A DNA stretch of 63,583 nt, filler included, from Octopus bimaculoides (GCF_001194135.2; 6 parts of 6 records of this genome joined end to end with filler, not necessarily neighbours in it); one strand, 5' to 3'. Shown: positions 1 to 12,760, counted from the whole stretch's first letter. Program-made: numbers and translations. The notes: generated by a model not told the origin, from the letters alone.

Positions 1-351
1 CTGGTCTTCTCTTGGAAGAGCCCTGCTTCTCACATGGACAACTGTATGTTGGCTGCTCAAGAGTGGGCAGCAACAAAAAACCTATTTGTATATGCTCCAC
101 AAGGGAAAACAAGGAACATAGTTTACAATGAGGTGTTATAATCACAACAGCAAGAAAGTATGTACATGATCACCTTCTTTTACGAAACTTCATTGACTTT
201 CATATATTTATATTGATATACATATATATACGTGTGTTTGGGTGCGTGTGTGTATATACATCTCTATATATAAAGATGATGCGTAGTCTAGACGGCGTTT
301 TTAGATTTCATTATTCTCTTTAACCCAGGCAACGCCGGGTATTTCTGCTAG
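1..351 (+). mobile_element. Helitron 3' end (PIF1-like helicase C-terminus, hairpin, CTAG)
   Basis: GLLLEEPCFSHGQLYVGCSRV, then a 1-nt frameshift, then NLFVYAPQGKTRNIVYNEVL* (stop 139-141); CCCAGGCAACGCCGGG hairpin at 324-339; CTAG at 348-351 followed by T. Confidence 0.85.
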
Positions 352-460
352 TGTTTAATAAAACAAACCTATAAACATTACTGATTAGAGAGCATTACTC
401 CTATCATATTTCATATTCTTTTCAAGGTCGTAGCAGCAATGTATTATGAGTACTGAATAT

Positions 461-521
461 TGTAGTTGTTGTGGCTGTTGGTGTTGTTGTTGTTGTTGCT
501 GCTGCTGCTGTTGTTGTTGTT
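461..521. repeat. (GTT/GCT)n trinucleotide microsatellite
   Basis: Direct reading; source of the polyQ ORF at 385..570. Confidence 0.9.
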
Positions 522-1284
522 TAGCTTTGGTCAGCTCTGATTCAGTAGACCTGTGATCAAAAGAATGCACACATTGGTTAATAAGTTCATTTCACAACTA
601 CATGATTTTTGCTTCATTTTACAGGTGTGTGTGTGTGTGTGTGTGTGTCTTTAGTCAAGAGAGAAGACAGTGTCAGTGACCTGTTATAGGACTCTGAGAC
701 TGGATGGAAGGGAAGCAGAAAGTGCCCTGAAACTGGAAACTCAGCACAAATGCTTGCAGCAAAGTGTACTCAATTAAACTGAGTGACAGGTCAAGTCTGC
801 CTCCCAAGTCTACCGCCCAAGATATCTTACAGTATGGTTGAGTGGTAAAATTGGTAGAGTAATAGACAAAGGGCCTTGTATTTAGCTGTGTCCTTTAACA
901 TTCTAAATTCAAATCCCACCAAGGATGTGATGACTTTACTTTTCATCCTTGTAGTGGTCTACTGGCTACAGTGTTGGATTCACAATCATAAGATTATAAG
1001 GTTTAATTCTTGGCCCAAATAGCAGGTTGTGTCCTTAAGCAAGGCACTTCATTTCATGTTGGCCAGATTTATTTAGCTGAGTGCTGGTGCAGATTTCTCT
1101 TCTGCTAGCAGTACATATTAGATATTCTGCTGGGTTAAGATTTGGAGAGCTGAGAGAGGGTCTGTGTTTTCTCATGACTACATAGGCCCCTTAAACAGTT
1201 AGCAAGAGCATGGTAAATGCTATCAAGTCATGCTTGCAAGTAACAGCTATGGTGATCAAATGTGTGTGTGTGTGTGAGTGCGTG

Positions 1285-2070
1285 TATCAGGTCATCCCAT
1301 AAGTAATGTTATTTTTTGTAGTAGGCTTTGAAGAAATAAAAATGCTAGTAAGGTACCAATTTAATCAACCACATATTCCCCATCTGAATCAATAACATTC
1401 TTCTGACACTATAAAAGGTTTTTTTATGCCATTCCTATAGAAATCAGCTGGTTTAGAAGAGAAAAACTCTTGAACGTCTGTTTCAAGTGTCTCTAAGGAG
1501 TTGTATTCTTTTCCATCAATAAAATTTTGCAAGCTTCAGAATAAAGGATAATCTGAAGGAGCAAAGTCAGAAGAATACGGAGGAAGTGGAAGCCTTTCCC
1601 AGCCTAGCTCCTCAATCTTGACACAGGTGATTCTTGCACTATGAGGCCTGGCATTGTCATGATGGAAAATGACACTCTTTTGACTGACTAGAGAACACCT
1701 TTTTTCTGTAAGTTTTTCATTCAATTTATCAATTTGTACACAGTACACTTGACCTGTATTTGTCTGGTTTTATAGCAAGGTTCCAAAGTGTATTACACCA
1801 AACATGTCCCACTAAATGCTAAACAAAACTTTCCAAGGATGATGATCTTGTTTTGGATGGGGTCTTGCTTGTTCTCTTGGTTGAACCCATTGACTTTGGC
1901 ATTAACATTCTTATGTAGTATTCACTTTTCTTCACTGGTCACTCGGCAGTTCAGAAATGGAAATTTTTCTCATCTGAATAAAGAGCAGTGCAGATATTGA
2001 CATGCTCTCTTTGAATGTCTTTACTCAGTTTATGTGGAACCCATTTGCCAAGCTTAGACACAATTCTAAG
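1285..2070 (-). mobile_element. Degenerate mariner (D,D34D) element
   Basis: TA + TCAGGTCATCCCATAAGTAATG terminal-repeat-like end; HHDNARPHSA...PPYSSDFAPSDYPLF catalytic motifs; second end not seen. Confidence 0.85.
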
Positions 2071-2074
2071 TTCT

Positions 2075-2505
2075 AATCAACATAAATGTGTCTATCAAGA
2101 CCTACCAAAAAACTGGGCAAGTATAAAGATCTTGAAATAGAAATCGGCAAAATGTGGAAACTCAAGACTAAAACAATACCTGTTATCATAGGTGCCCTAG
2201 GAATGATAGCAAAAGAGGATGATTGCTACCTAGCTCAGATAATCCAAAAATGGCAAAAATTCAAAAAATAGTACTCATGGGAACTGCCCATATCCTACAT
2301 AAAATACTGTCTTTGTAATCACAAATTTTAAAACAAACTTATAATTTTCTTAAACATTCTCTAGAAAATATACTTTGTGCAAAACCAAATACAAGGCACC
2401 CTAGTCATAACACCAACCTGAACTTCTGACTCGTCCTTTGAGGTCTCTGGGTGAGACTGAGAGTCAACTTGAACAAATACAAAGCAAAAGTCAAACGTAT
2501 AATAA
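2075..2505 (+). mobile_element. RLE-clade (R4/Dong-like) non-LTR retrotransposon 3' end
   Basis: KYKDLEIEIGKMWKLKTKTIPVIIGALGMI motif of the restriction-like endonuclease; 3' UTR ending in a (TAA)n tail. Confidence 0.75.
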
Positions 2506-3557
2506 TCTTACTATAATGGGTGTTATGTCCATCTGTCTGTACCCTCTTCATGGTCAAACAGCTGGACTAATGGTCACAATATTTTTCAGAATTATGAAGG
2601 AGGTAATCAGGCAGGTTTTTAGTGAAAAAAATGTGAAAAAGTATGATTATTTAGTGGATATTGAGGGTAATTGTTCAGTTTACGGGCATAAAAAAGTAAA
2701 TAAAAATTAAGGTGGGAGATAACTAATAAAAGAAGTGAAGGGAAGTAAGTCAACTTACTTCTCCTCTGAATTATATCCATATACGAAAGTTTTAGTTTAA
2801 GATGGCTTTATTAAGAAATGATTGTGATGGCTTTGACTCATCCTTAATCAGTGTTGAGTTTTGAATTAATAAATCACCCCACCCCACCGTATAGTTTGTG
2901 AATTTAGAGAGTTTAGATTTGTGATACTATCCCTTTATTTCCCATCATAGATGGGCAGATTCCTAAAGATTCCGCTCGTGCATTCACAGTAAACAAGGCA
3001 CAGGGTCAGACTTTAGATTGTGTAGGTGTATTTTTACCCACTTCAATGTTTATACATGGCCAGTTATATGTCGCTATGAGTAGAGCAACGGACTCCAGTA
3101 ATTTGAAAATTAATGTCAACCAAACAAAAAATATCGACTACAAAGAAGTTTTGTAATCATATTGATATTATGGAAAGGAATATGAGTTATAATTTAAATA
3201 AAGAACTTTGTGAACTTTGAATGTATAAGAATATAAACAAGCATAAAATAGTGTAAATAACTAAAATAAAAGTATATCTAAATAACATTTTTTTGTTAAT
3301 ACTTTTTATGTAGTGGTTGAAGGAAGGTCTGGCTTTTGTTAGGAGTGGTCCACATAGACATTCATCATATAGAGCCTGGGAGCCTATTTCAATTTGGGAG
3401 TGAATCATTGTCACATGTCACTTAGTTGCAAACACGTCATATTGATCACCCAGTATTCTTATCTAGTCTTATCAGTATTCTTATCATTTACATATTTCCC
3501 AATACATACTTCTCCCACTCATTTTATACCTCCATCATAGATGGGTAGATTTGCTAG
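2506..3557 (+). mobile_element. Non-autonomous Helitron retaining a helicase C-terminal fragment
   Basis: A|TCTTACTATAAT 5' end; AFTVNKAQGQTLDCVGVFLPTSMFIHGQLYVAMSRA...NIDYKEVL* (2980-3156); CCATC-ATA-GATGG hairpin at 3532-3544; CTAG|T at 3554-3558. Confidence 0.85.
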
Positions 3558-3609
3558 TAATAATAACAACAATTTCTAACCTATATGGCTGTACAATTAA
3601 GAAGTTTGT

Positions 3610-3686
3610 GTCTCAGCCATGATAGCCCAAGGCCAACCAAAGCCTTGTGTGGATTTGGAAGATAGAAACTGAAAAGCTTGTCATAC

Positions 3687-3717
<31 letters not shown>

Positions 3718-3727
3718 TGTATGTATG

Positions 3728-3758
<31 letters not shown>

Positions 3759-3850
3759 TGTGTGTGTGTGTGCACGTGTATGTATGTGTGTTCATGTATG
3801 CATGTGTCTAGGTGCATGTGTCTATATTTCCCTTGTCTTTATGTGTATTC
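3610..3850 (+). mobile_element. Partial tRNA/CORE-like SINE (family A) with expanded (TATG)n
   Basis: Matches the body of the complete copy at 51362-51839. Confidence 0.65.
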
Positions 3851-4289
3851 ACTTGCTGGTTGTAAACAGAGGCTTTGAAAGTAGTGTCATTTGCTTGAGT
3901 CCACCATAAAAGCGTGTCCAGGCTTCTTAACATGTTTTGATATGTTGTGTGATCTTTAAAGAAAAAACTAATTCATACAGTGTCATTTGTTTCCATTTCT
4001 CTGCATAAAACATATCCAAGCTGTTTGTTGATCAACAGACTAGGAGGCAACATTTGGAAACAAATGGTGGTTGGCAACAGGATGGGGATTGGCACAAATG
4101 GTGCTTGGCACAAATGGTGCTTGGCAACAGGATGGGGGTTAGCATCTGGCCATAAAAAAATCTGCCTCAACATACTCTCATCTTGAGAAAATGTTGTTGC
4201 AAGCATTGAAAAGTGAATGTTAAAACAATGATGATGATGATGATGATAACATGAGACCAAAACTTTAGGTTGTGAATAGAATAGACTAA

Positions 4290-4455
4290 ATCAACCTTAG
4301 CACTTGACTTGTACTAATTTTATCAACCCCATGTCACCACCCTACAATAGGACGAAGGGAAAAGTCAACCACTCAAGATTTGAACTCAGAAGATAAAAGG
4401 ACACAGCTAAATACCACGAAACAATTAAGTCTGACACCTTACTGATTCTGCCAAG
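4290..4455 (-). mobile_element. Degenerate SINE family B
   Basis: Similar to 11090-11300 (gaagggaaaagtcaacc...ttgaactcagaa). Confidence 0.6.
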
Positions 4456-5639
4456 TAGTAACAGCAACAACAACAGCATCAATAATTAAAAATAACCAAT
4501 AAAGCAAAGAAGAAAAAGCTGCTAATGGTATTTAAGAACTCATCTTTTCAATGACTAGAATTTAATTTGATGTTCAAAGTAAATTTTCATTTGTATTGAA
4601 GTGAGGAAAAAAATTTTTCATTCTAAATTACTAGGGTGTTTTGGTAAAAATATTAGCTGCCTCACTGACATTTTAAAGCTATAGTCAGATCAAACTAACA
4701 TGTTATTTGATTTCATTATTGATCTGCTAAATCAGACAATAAATTTCATTCGAGTGCTTTTCATATTTCGATGGTGGAAACATTTAGAGGTTCCAATGAA
4801 AGAGATCTGCAAAAATATATTTGTTCTTATATTTTCTCAAAGTTAAGGTTTCCCCATAATGGCTCTCTTTGAATAAAAGAGCAAAGCATTAGGATTAGAG
4901 GCTAGATTCACAAGATTAATGTTTGTTTGAACTTCTAAAAAGAAAATAATATAAAATAAAAAGAATAAAAAGATGTAATGACAATGGAAAATTCCAGAGA
5001 ACAGTATTAAAAAACAGTTGCCATATGATTTGAAATATGGTTTTTGAGGCTTGGTCAAATGATGGTAATGGAGTTGGAGTGTTTGAGTGTATATGATGGC
5101 TTAAGTGGTTTAATATAATATCAGTGGCCTCTTAGAAGAGAAAAAGATGGTTTACAAACAACAGAAGAGTAAACAAAAAAATGAATACAAACCAAATTGA
5201 AGACTATCGTTTTACCATACTCAAATACCATCCCCTTCACCACCACTACCACTCACAGCCCCAGCCCCGCTTCAGTCATTTTCCTATAAGAAAATGGTCA
5301 TGATGTTTTTCTCTGTTTCTTTGTCAGTAAAAGAAAAAACAATTCCCCGCCAAAATTTACCAAAAACTAAAACAACAAAAACAACAATAAACAGGATATT
5401 GATATTTTATGTTTTGAAAAAAAAAGTGTTAAAATTTGAAGTAAAGCCATAAAAGGAAATTATATTTCCCAATCAAATTGCAAGCAAAAACAAGAGTCAC
5501 TTGTGATTGAAACGATGTTATTGTTGTTGCTGTCATTGTTTAAATATAAGTCTGTTACATTGGAAGCATTTCATACAAAATGGTATTTCAGTTTAAGAAA
5601 GATTTACTTTTAAGTAGTGTGTGTGCATGTGTATAAGCA

Positions 5640-5960
5640 TCATCATCATCAGCATCATTATCATTGTTTAACGTCCACTTTCCATGCTGGCATGGGACGG
5701 ACAGTTTGACTGAGGTCTGGAAAGCCAATGGCTGCACTAAGCTCCAATCTAATCTAGCAATGTTTCTACAGTTAGATGCCCTTCCTAACACCAACCACTT
5801 GGAGAGTGTAGTGGGTGCTTTTATGTGCCACCAGTACAGGAGCCAGTCAGGTGGTCCTGGCACTGATCACATTCAGATAGTGCTTTTTACATGCCACTGG
5901 AAAGGGAGCCAGTCAGGGGGCACTGGCATCAACCACGTTCGGATGGTGTTTTTTATGTGC
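5640..5960 (-). mobile_element. RTE LINE 3' UTR fragment with (GAT)n tail
   Basis: Reverse complement of the 3' UTR that follows the RTE ORF at 31215-32120. Confidence 0.8.
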
Positions 5961-5961
5961 A

Positions 5962-6013
<52 letters not shown>

Positions 6014-6014
6014 T

Positions 6015-6048
<34 letters not shown>

Positions 6049-6294
6049 CATCATCATCATCATCATCATCATCGTCATCGTCATCATCTAATACCACTTG
6101 TCCATGCTTGCATAGGTCAGACAGAGTTTGTTAAGGCAGATTCTCTATGGCTAGATGCCTTTCCTGTCACCAACTCTCTGTTTCCAAGCAAGACAACATT
6201 TTCACATGACCAGACATGGGAATACTGAAATGAGCAACTTTGCTTATATGCTGATGATGCTCATTTCCAACTATCACATGATGTCTAGACACTT

Positions 6295-6333
<39 letters not shown>

Positions 6334-6469
6334 CACACATGCATGGGTGTGTGGGTGTGTGTATCAACCAAATCCACTCACCAGTGCTTTGATCAAACTG
6401 AAGCTATAGTTGAGGACACTGGCCCAAGGTGCCACATAGTGGATGACTGTAACTATCAGAGATATATAA

Positions 6470-6900
6470 GTGAAATCGGGATAACACCTGTGCCCAGCGT
6501 CGCCTTTCTGGCACTTGTGCCCGTGACATGTGTAAGGATTTTCAAGCGAGATCGTTGCCANNNNNNNNNNGTGACATGTGTAAGGATTTTCAAGCGAGAT
6601 CGTTGCCAGTGCCCCTGGACTGGCTCTTGTGTGGGTGGTACATAAAATACACCATTTTTGAGCATGGCCATTGCTAGTACCGCCTGAATGGCTTTCGTGC
6701 GGGTGACACGTAAAAGCACCCACTACACTCTCTGAGTGGTTGGCGTTAGGAAGGGCATCCAGTTGTAGAATCTCTGCTAAATCAGATTGGAGGCTGGTGT
6801 TGCCATCCGGTTTCACCAGTCCTCAGTCAAATTGTCCAACCCATGCTAGCAAGGAAAGCGGACGTTAAACGATGATGATGATGATGATGATGATGATGAT
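6470..6900 (+). mobile_element. RTE LINE 3' UTR with (GAT)n tail
   Basis: Ends ccatgctagcaaggaaagcggacgttaaac(gat)n, as at 32060-32120. Confidence 0.8.
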
Positions 6901-7284
6901 ATATATATATATATATATANNNNNNNNNNNNNNNNNNNNNNNNNNNNNNNNNNNNNNNNNNNNNNNNNNNNNNNNNNNNNNNNNNNNNNNNNNNNNNNNN
7001 NNNTATATTAAAATATATATATATCCATGCATATATTACCAGCAATTTTACATACACTTTTCTGTGATGGCATTGGTTGAACAGTTTTTCTGAAGCAATA
7101 TAGCAATATATTAAGCCTAGATGCTCTTTCCATCTTCTACTCTTTTGATAATTGCTTCTGATGTGTCAGAATATGATGGTACATATACAAGCTCTAGTTT
7201 ATAGGAAACAACACCTCCCAACAACAAATGACTTGGACCATAACAACCTACCTAACTCATTCCAGCATGGAAAGTAGATATGAA

Positions 7285-7765
7285 ATGATGATGACGATGA
7301 TGATAATAATGAGGAGAAGGAAGAAGAGGATGGTGATGATGAAGGTGATGACAATGATGATGGTGGTGATGGTGATCATGACTATGATCAATGCCAATTC
7401 TGATGATAACAATGACAACAACAATAACAATGATGATGATGATGATGATGATTATGGTAATTAAAATGAAGTTCTGTGTGAAATTAAAATACAAGAACAT
7501 TTTTCATCTGTTTTTGATTCTATCATTTCACAACTAAGATATTTTACATTCACATTTTTAGGCAATAATTACCTAAATATGCAATTTTAGGTTCTTTATT
7601 CATGTCTACTCAAGTGCATGAGCACATGTGTGTGTATCTGTGTGTACATGTGTGCATGCATGTGTGTGCATATATGTGCATGTGTGTGCATATATATGCA
7701 TGTGTGTGTGCATATATGTGCATGTGTGTGTGCATATATGTGCATGTGTGTGGATGTATATGTGC
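7285..7765. repeat. Compound microsatellites: (GAT/AAT)n at 7285-7460 and (TG/TGCA)n at 7610-7765
   Basis: Direct reading. Confidence 0.85.
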
Positions 7766-8246
7766 GAAATTATTGAACAATACACCTATCACTAAAACCA
7801 GTACCCCCACTAACCCATCCACCCACTGTTCCCAAATGCAGCGATAAAGATTTTCCATTTATTTCCTTAGAAATGAAGCCAAGAAAAAAATAAGCAGATA
7901 AATTTATGAAAAGATTCAATAATTTTCCAATTGATCAAATAAATTGCAGTCTTACACATTTACTAATTCCATAAATAATTTACCAATTCTATAAATAAAA
8001 TGACAAAAAGAAGAAATCTAATTTCCTTAACACCAATCTAAATTTATGTAGATGTTTTTAGTTGTGAAGGTCAGCTATAGGTTTAAATGTTGTTGTTGTC
8101 ACTGGTGGTGGTGGTAGTGGTGGTGGTGATGGTGGTGGTGGTGGTGGTGGTTGTGATGATGGTTGTCTCCAAGTCTGCCTCAACTGAGCAGCAGACTTAT
8201 GATGAAAAACAATATTTCAGTCAAGATGACTTTGTCTTTGTTTCAG

Positions 8247-8327
8247 ACTCATTATGGAAGCAGATCTGTGGGACCACTTCTGTTCTTGTTTGGTTGGGAG
8301 ATGTATGATATCTGTTCATGCATGCAA
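8247..8327 (+). other. Candidate 81-nt internal exon of an unidentified gene
   Basis: tttgtctttgtttcag|ACTCAT...ATGCAA|gtaagt; length is a multiple of 3; two open frames (THYGSRSVGPLLFLFGWEMYDICSCMQ or LIMEADLWDHFCSCLVGRCMISVHAC); no homology recognised. Confidence 0.4.
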
Positions 8328-8479
8328 GTAAGTTTGATACATCACATCTGGGTTGAAAGTTGTTGGAGTTGTATTATAGTAGAATACTGCTAACCACTTG
8401 TCACTTGTGAGCCAGTGTGGCTTTGTAACATGTACCATGCTTTTGCTAATTGTTTTGGTAGATGTAGAATAATTGCTCA

Positions 8480-8480
8480 T

Positions 8481-8527
<47 letters not shown>

Positions 8528-8595
8528 CATCATCATCATCATCATCATCACCATCATCACTACCATTGTCACCACCACCACCACCACCACCACTA
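8480..8595. repeat. (CAT)n/(CAC)n microsatellite
   Basis: Direct reading. Confidence 0.9.
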
Positions 8596-9644
8596 TCTTT
8601 TATAAACATGAAAAGGATATATTAATGTATTACTCTACTGACTAAAAATATTACGTAATCTGTCAATCAATCTTGTCTTCTGCAACATAAATATTGTCAC
8701 AATAAACATGATATTCACATACAACTGTCAAATTTTTGGGATAAGAAATAGCCAAAAGATAAAGCTTAAGTATTGTGGGTTTAAAAATATATGGTAGACA
8801 TGTTTATTGAGCTTCTGGGAGATTCACGAAAATTTGTATTGTTACATTTAACCTAATTGTAAGAAATAAATATCAGGCTTTGGGGAGCTGGATAGAAATA
8901 ACTATAGATATTTTGCAGGTAAAGAAACCCTTGCAGGGTAGAGAAATCTATCTAAGTCGATGTACTTTGTCAACAGAGATATATTTGGCAGATAGAAGTA
9001 CACTTGCATGTAGATATCTCTATTGGAGTAGATATATCTACCTAAAAAATTATACTTTATTGGTAGCAGTGTCATGTGGCAATAATATTTGGTGGGTAGA
9101 GATATTGTACATTAACCTCTGAGGGATAAAAAACAATGTTGACCTATATATGAATTTTAACTCAATAAAAATTGTGTCATAACTAAGTGCTGCAGACAAT
9201 TTGTCTCACATTCTAACAAGCCTCCCAAAGTTCCTCTGTTTTATACAGGAATGCTATCACTTTAAGGAAAAATAATCTTACGTCATTTAGTTTATGATTT
9301 AGATCAGTGGATGTCAGACATACTGGAGTACCAGATGTTATTTTATTATGTCCCTTTATATTCTCAGTTGAAATTCCCATAGGATCAACTTTACCACTTA
9401 TTGCTGAGGGGAAGGGATGATCAAATAAAATACCAGTAAACTACAAGAGTCAGTTTAATGGACTAAATCCTACTTTACAAAGAATTTCTTAACCTTGTGC
9501 CAGTAAGTGACATATGAATCTCTTTTTGATTCCACAGTCATCAGTTTCTTTCTAAAGGGTATGAATATCATTAGCAATGTACTGCAGTTTCTACACAAAT
9601 AAATTTTAATGTAAATATTAAACAAGGAAATTGGTATTTAAAAT

Positions 9645-9968
9645 TTCACTAAAATGTATTTAATGTTTTACCAAAATATATTTAACATTCCACCAAAATA
9701 TATTCATTGTTTCTACCAAAATATATTTATTGTTTTTACCAAAATATATTTAATGCTTCGCCAACATATAATTTAACATTTCAACAAATGTATTTAACAT
9801 TTCAAAACAATATATTTAATGCTTCCCCAAAATATATTTAATGTTTCACCAAAATATATTTAATATTTCACCAAAATACATTTTATGTTTTTACCAAAAT
9901 ACATTTAACGTTTTCACTAAAATATACTTAATGTTTTTACAAAAATATATTCAATGTTTTACCAAAAT
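9645..9968. repeat. AT-rich minisatellite, ~22-bp unit (AAAATATATTTAATGTTTCACC), about 14 diverged copies
   Basis: Units counted by eye. Confidence 0.85.
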
Positions 9969-10499
9969 AGTAATTCCAATGGCTTAGAATCAATAGTGTA
10001 TATCATATTCAAAACAGTCCAAATATTTCCAGTAATGTATAGTTTAAAATCTAATCTGGATTACCTTTGGAGTAAAGATTTTTGTCAACATAACATGGCA
10101 GTCCTGGTTTAGGATGAATGCTGTAATTTAGCCCCAGGAGACATCGTCTCCAGCTGGCTATACGACACGATCTGTGTCCATCTATTTTCAAACAAGGGAA
10201 TCTAGCACCCCCACTCAGCTCAAAACAATATCTGTGCATCGCGATTACTGGGTTATTTCTCTTCACAGAATAATTATTTGGCTAGAGGTGGCGCTGCCAA
10301 ATTCCTGTTCGAAATATATAGTTTTCAAAGTGACAACTTGTCACTGATCTATAAATTAGAAAATTACTATTTTTAAATCTCACGAGTGACTGCCATATTA
10401 TATTGGCAAAAATCCTTACTCCAAAGTACTGTTGTTGAATATCTCTCATTGTGAGATTTAAAACTAGTAATTTTCTGGATTATCTTTGACTGAAAACTG

Positions 10500-10774
10500 G
10501 TAAGCTGAGGAGCTGCACCAGATTCCAATCTGATTTGGCATTGTTCCTATGGCTGGATGCCCTTTCTAACACCAACCACTCCAAGAGTGTAGTGGGTGCT
10601 TTTTACATGTCACCAGTACTGGTGCCATTGACATGATACCAGCATCGGCCACAATTGCAATTTCACTTGACTTGACAAGTCTTCGCAAGCATAGTATATC
10701 ACCAAAGGTCTCACTCACCTGTCACTACCTCCGTGAGGCCCAATGCTTGAACAGTGCTTTTTATGTGCCAGTCA

Positions 10775-10778
<4 letters not shown>
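10500..10778 (-). mobile_element. RTE 3' UTR fragment
   Basis: ctggatgccct..ctaacaccaaccactccaagagtgtagtgggtgc core shared with the other copies. Confidence 0.75.
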
Positions 10779-10824
<46 letters not shown>

Positions 10825-11089
10825 TGTAGATGTGTATGAGTATATATTTATGCACATGCATGTATGCATGTGTACATGTATATATGCGAAAATAAAAGTA
10901 AATGCAAAGCCCATTATAGTTTCATTTGTCAATTTCAGAGCATGAAAATCTATTCAAAACCATGGTATTTATGCTACCATAGCAGCTATTCACATATGTA
11001 GTCTGATAATTACAGTAAATCATCCTTTACAGATGAATGTGATAAGGTTTAGTTACCATTGTAGCTAAGGTTTCATAAATGTGAATATT

Positions 11090-11300
11090 CTTTTCTACTC
11101 TAGGCATAAGGTCCAAAATTTTGGAGGAGGGGCTAGTCAATTAGATCGACCTCAGTACACAACTGGTACTTAATTTATCGACTCTGAATGGATGAAAAGC
11201 AAAGTCGACCTTGGCAGAATTTGAACTCAGAATGTAAAGACAGACAAAATACTGCTAAGTATTTCATCCAGTATGCTAACGTTTCTGCCAGCTCACCGTC
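11090..11300 (-). mobile_element. tRNA-derived SINE family B, near full length, with target-site duplication
   Basis: Head with a B-box-like gagttcaaattc on the minus strand; 18-bp TSD ttcataaatgtg(a/g)atatt at 11072-11089 and 11301-11318. Confidence 0.85.
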
Positions 11301-11989
11301 TTCATAAATGTGGATATTATTGGTGGAATTCATCGGAGAAGGCTTTCACAAACCAAATTGTCAAAAAAATCATTCTGGGATTTTTAATGATTGTCAAATA
11401 ACAGTGAGCTATAAGGATGAATATATAAAACAGTTGTGATTCTAAGATCACTTTCTGAGATTCAAAAACCAGCTCTGTGTGTCATAACTTTTGGTTGGTT
11501 TCACCAGAATTGATTCAGAAGGAGTGTGATTATCATCTGGAATGGTAAACAATCAAATATAACCAATCTTGAATTTATCATGAAGAGCAAAAAAAATGGG
11601 GGGGGGGGCGAAATTATATAGTAAAGAGGAGCAATATTCATCTGGGAGAACTAGTCAATCCATAGCATCACTCTTTTGTTAGCAGTTCACCTCAGACTGC
11701 CCCTGATTCTATGATACAAAACCCTTCACTTCGAATTGTTTGTATTTATATAAAAACCTTCTGTCAAAATTTTAAGTTAGAAGATTTTGTTACCTCTTAA
11801 TTTCCAAAACCAGCTTTATAATGGAGAATGTTATTTTATTAAACCTGCTGCAAATACATTTTTCTCAAAATAATTGAAACAATTACATGGACAATGTGTT
11901 TCATTAGAAAGACAGTTATATTGTAATTAGTATGAAATATGAAGGTCATCTACAAGTAAACATAATGAAAATGCCTCAAAGACACAAAT

Positions 11990-12480
11990 AACTAGTGTGT
12001 CATGGATTCTGACTACCATACCTAGAGATCCATTGTTGGCCTTCCTAATGCACCTTCTTCCACAAGTTCCATACACTTTGAGAGTTTAGTACTTCTTTAT
12101 ACATCTGTCATTGCATCACTTGCCCATACCAGTGCAACCTTTTCTCTTTCATACTACTTCCAGTTCTTATATGCTGTTTTCCTGCTTATTAATACTCTGT
12201 CATTCATGCAAACTAACATTACACATCTAGTGGAGCTTGCTGCTTCATTTCTTAGTTTTTACAGATCTCCAATATTCAAAGCTCGCAACTCATTACCATG
12301 CAGCATTGCACTTTGTTCACAAAAATCATACAATCTATCTGTCACCCAAAGAGACAGACCTTTCCTTGACACTAGAGGTAATAGAGCACTGAACTTTCTT
12401 CACTCTATTCTTACTCTGCCTTCAGTACATCCATATCCACTGTCAGTGGTAGCAGCAGTGTTCACTCGTATCCAAGTAGT
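11990..12480 (-). mobile_element. RTE ORF2 (RT C-terminal) decayed fragment
   Basis: KFSALLPLVSRKGLSL..RLYDFC..SAMLHGNE; homologous to 26150-26300. Confidence 0.7.
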
Positions 12481-12614
12481 AGATCTGAAGACAGTGGCTG
12501 AGCCGCTTCATCTTGATGGCCGTGAAGGGTGTCGGTACCTGAGGTGGCTGTTGAGGCCAAGCACAGTATAGAAGAGCCAGGGGTATTTATTGCAGGTGAG
12601 AGTTGGTGGGGGCT

Positions 12615-12653
12615 GAGAGAGAGAGAGAAGAGAGAGAGAGAAGAGAGAGAGAG

Positions 12654-12689
<36 letters not shown>

Positions 12690-12703
12690 NNNNNNNNNNA
12701 GAG

Positions 12704-12760
<57 letters not shown>

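Noticed and set aside
385-570. PolyQ-containing 61-aa ORF
   Set aside because: Translation of a CAA/CAG microsatellite at the tail of an interspersed repeat; no splice or homology support.
4843-4944. Possible minus-strand terminal exon (EVQTNINLVNLASNPNALLFYSKRAIMGKP*)
   Set aside because: Does not match the OPLAH C-terminus or anything I recognise; acceptor alone is insufficient.
6531-6608. Short exact duplications flanking 10-N gaps (also near 42902, 44706, 49818 and 50886)
   Set aside because: Identical sequence on both sides of fixed-size gaps indicates unmerged contig overlaps.
7102-7195. Minus-strand peptide ELVYVPSYSDTSEAIIKRVEDGK, reminiscent of the ABCA N-terminal ectodomain (AYxP motif)
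   Set aside because: Short, ends in a stop with only a weak donor, abuts an RTE tail, and no other ABCA exon was found.
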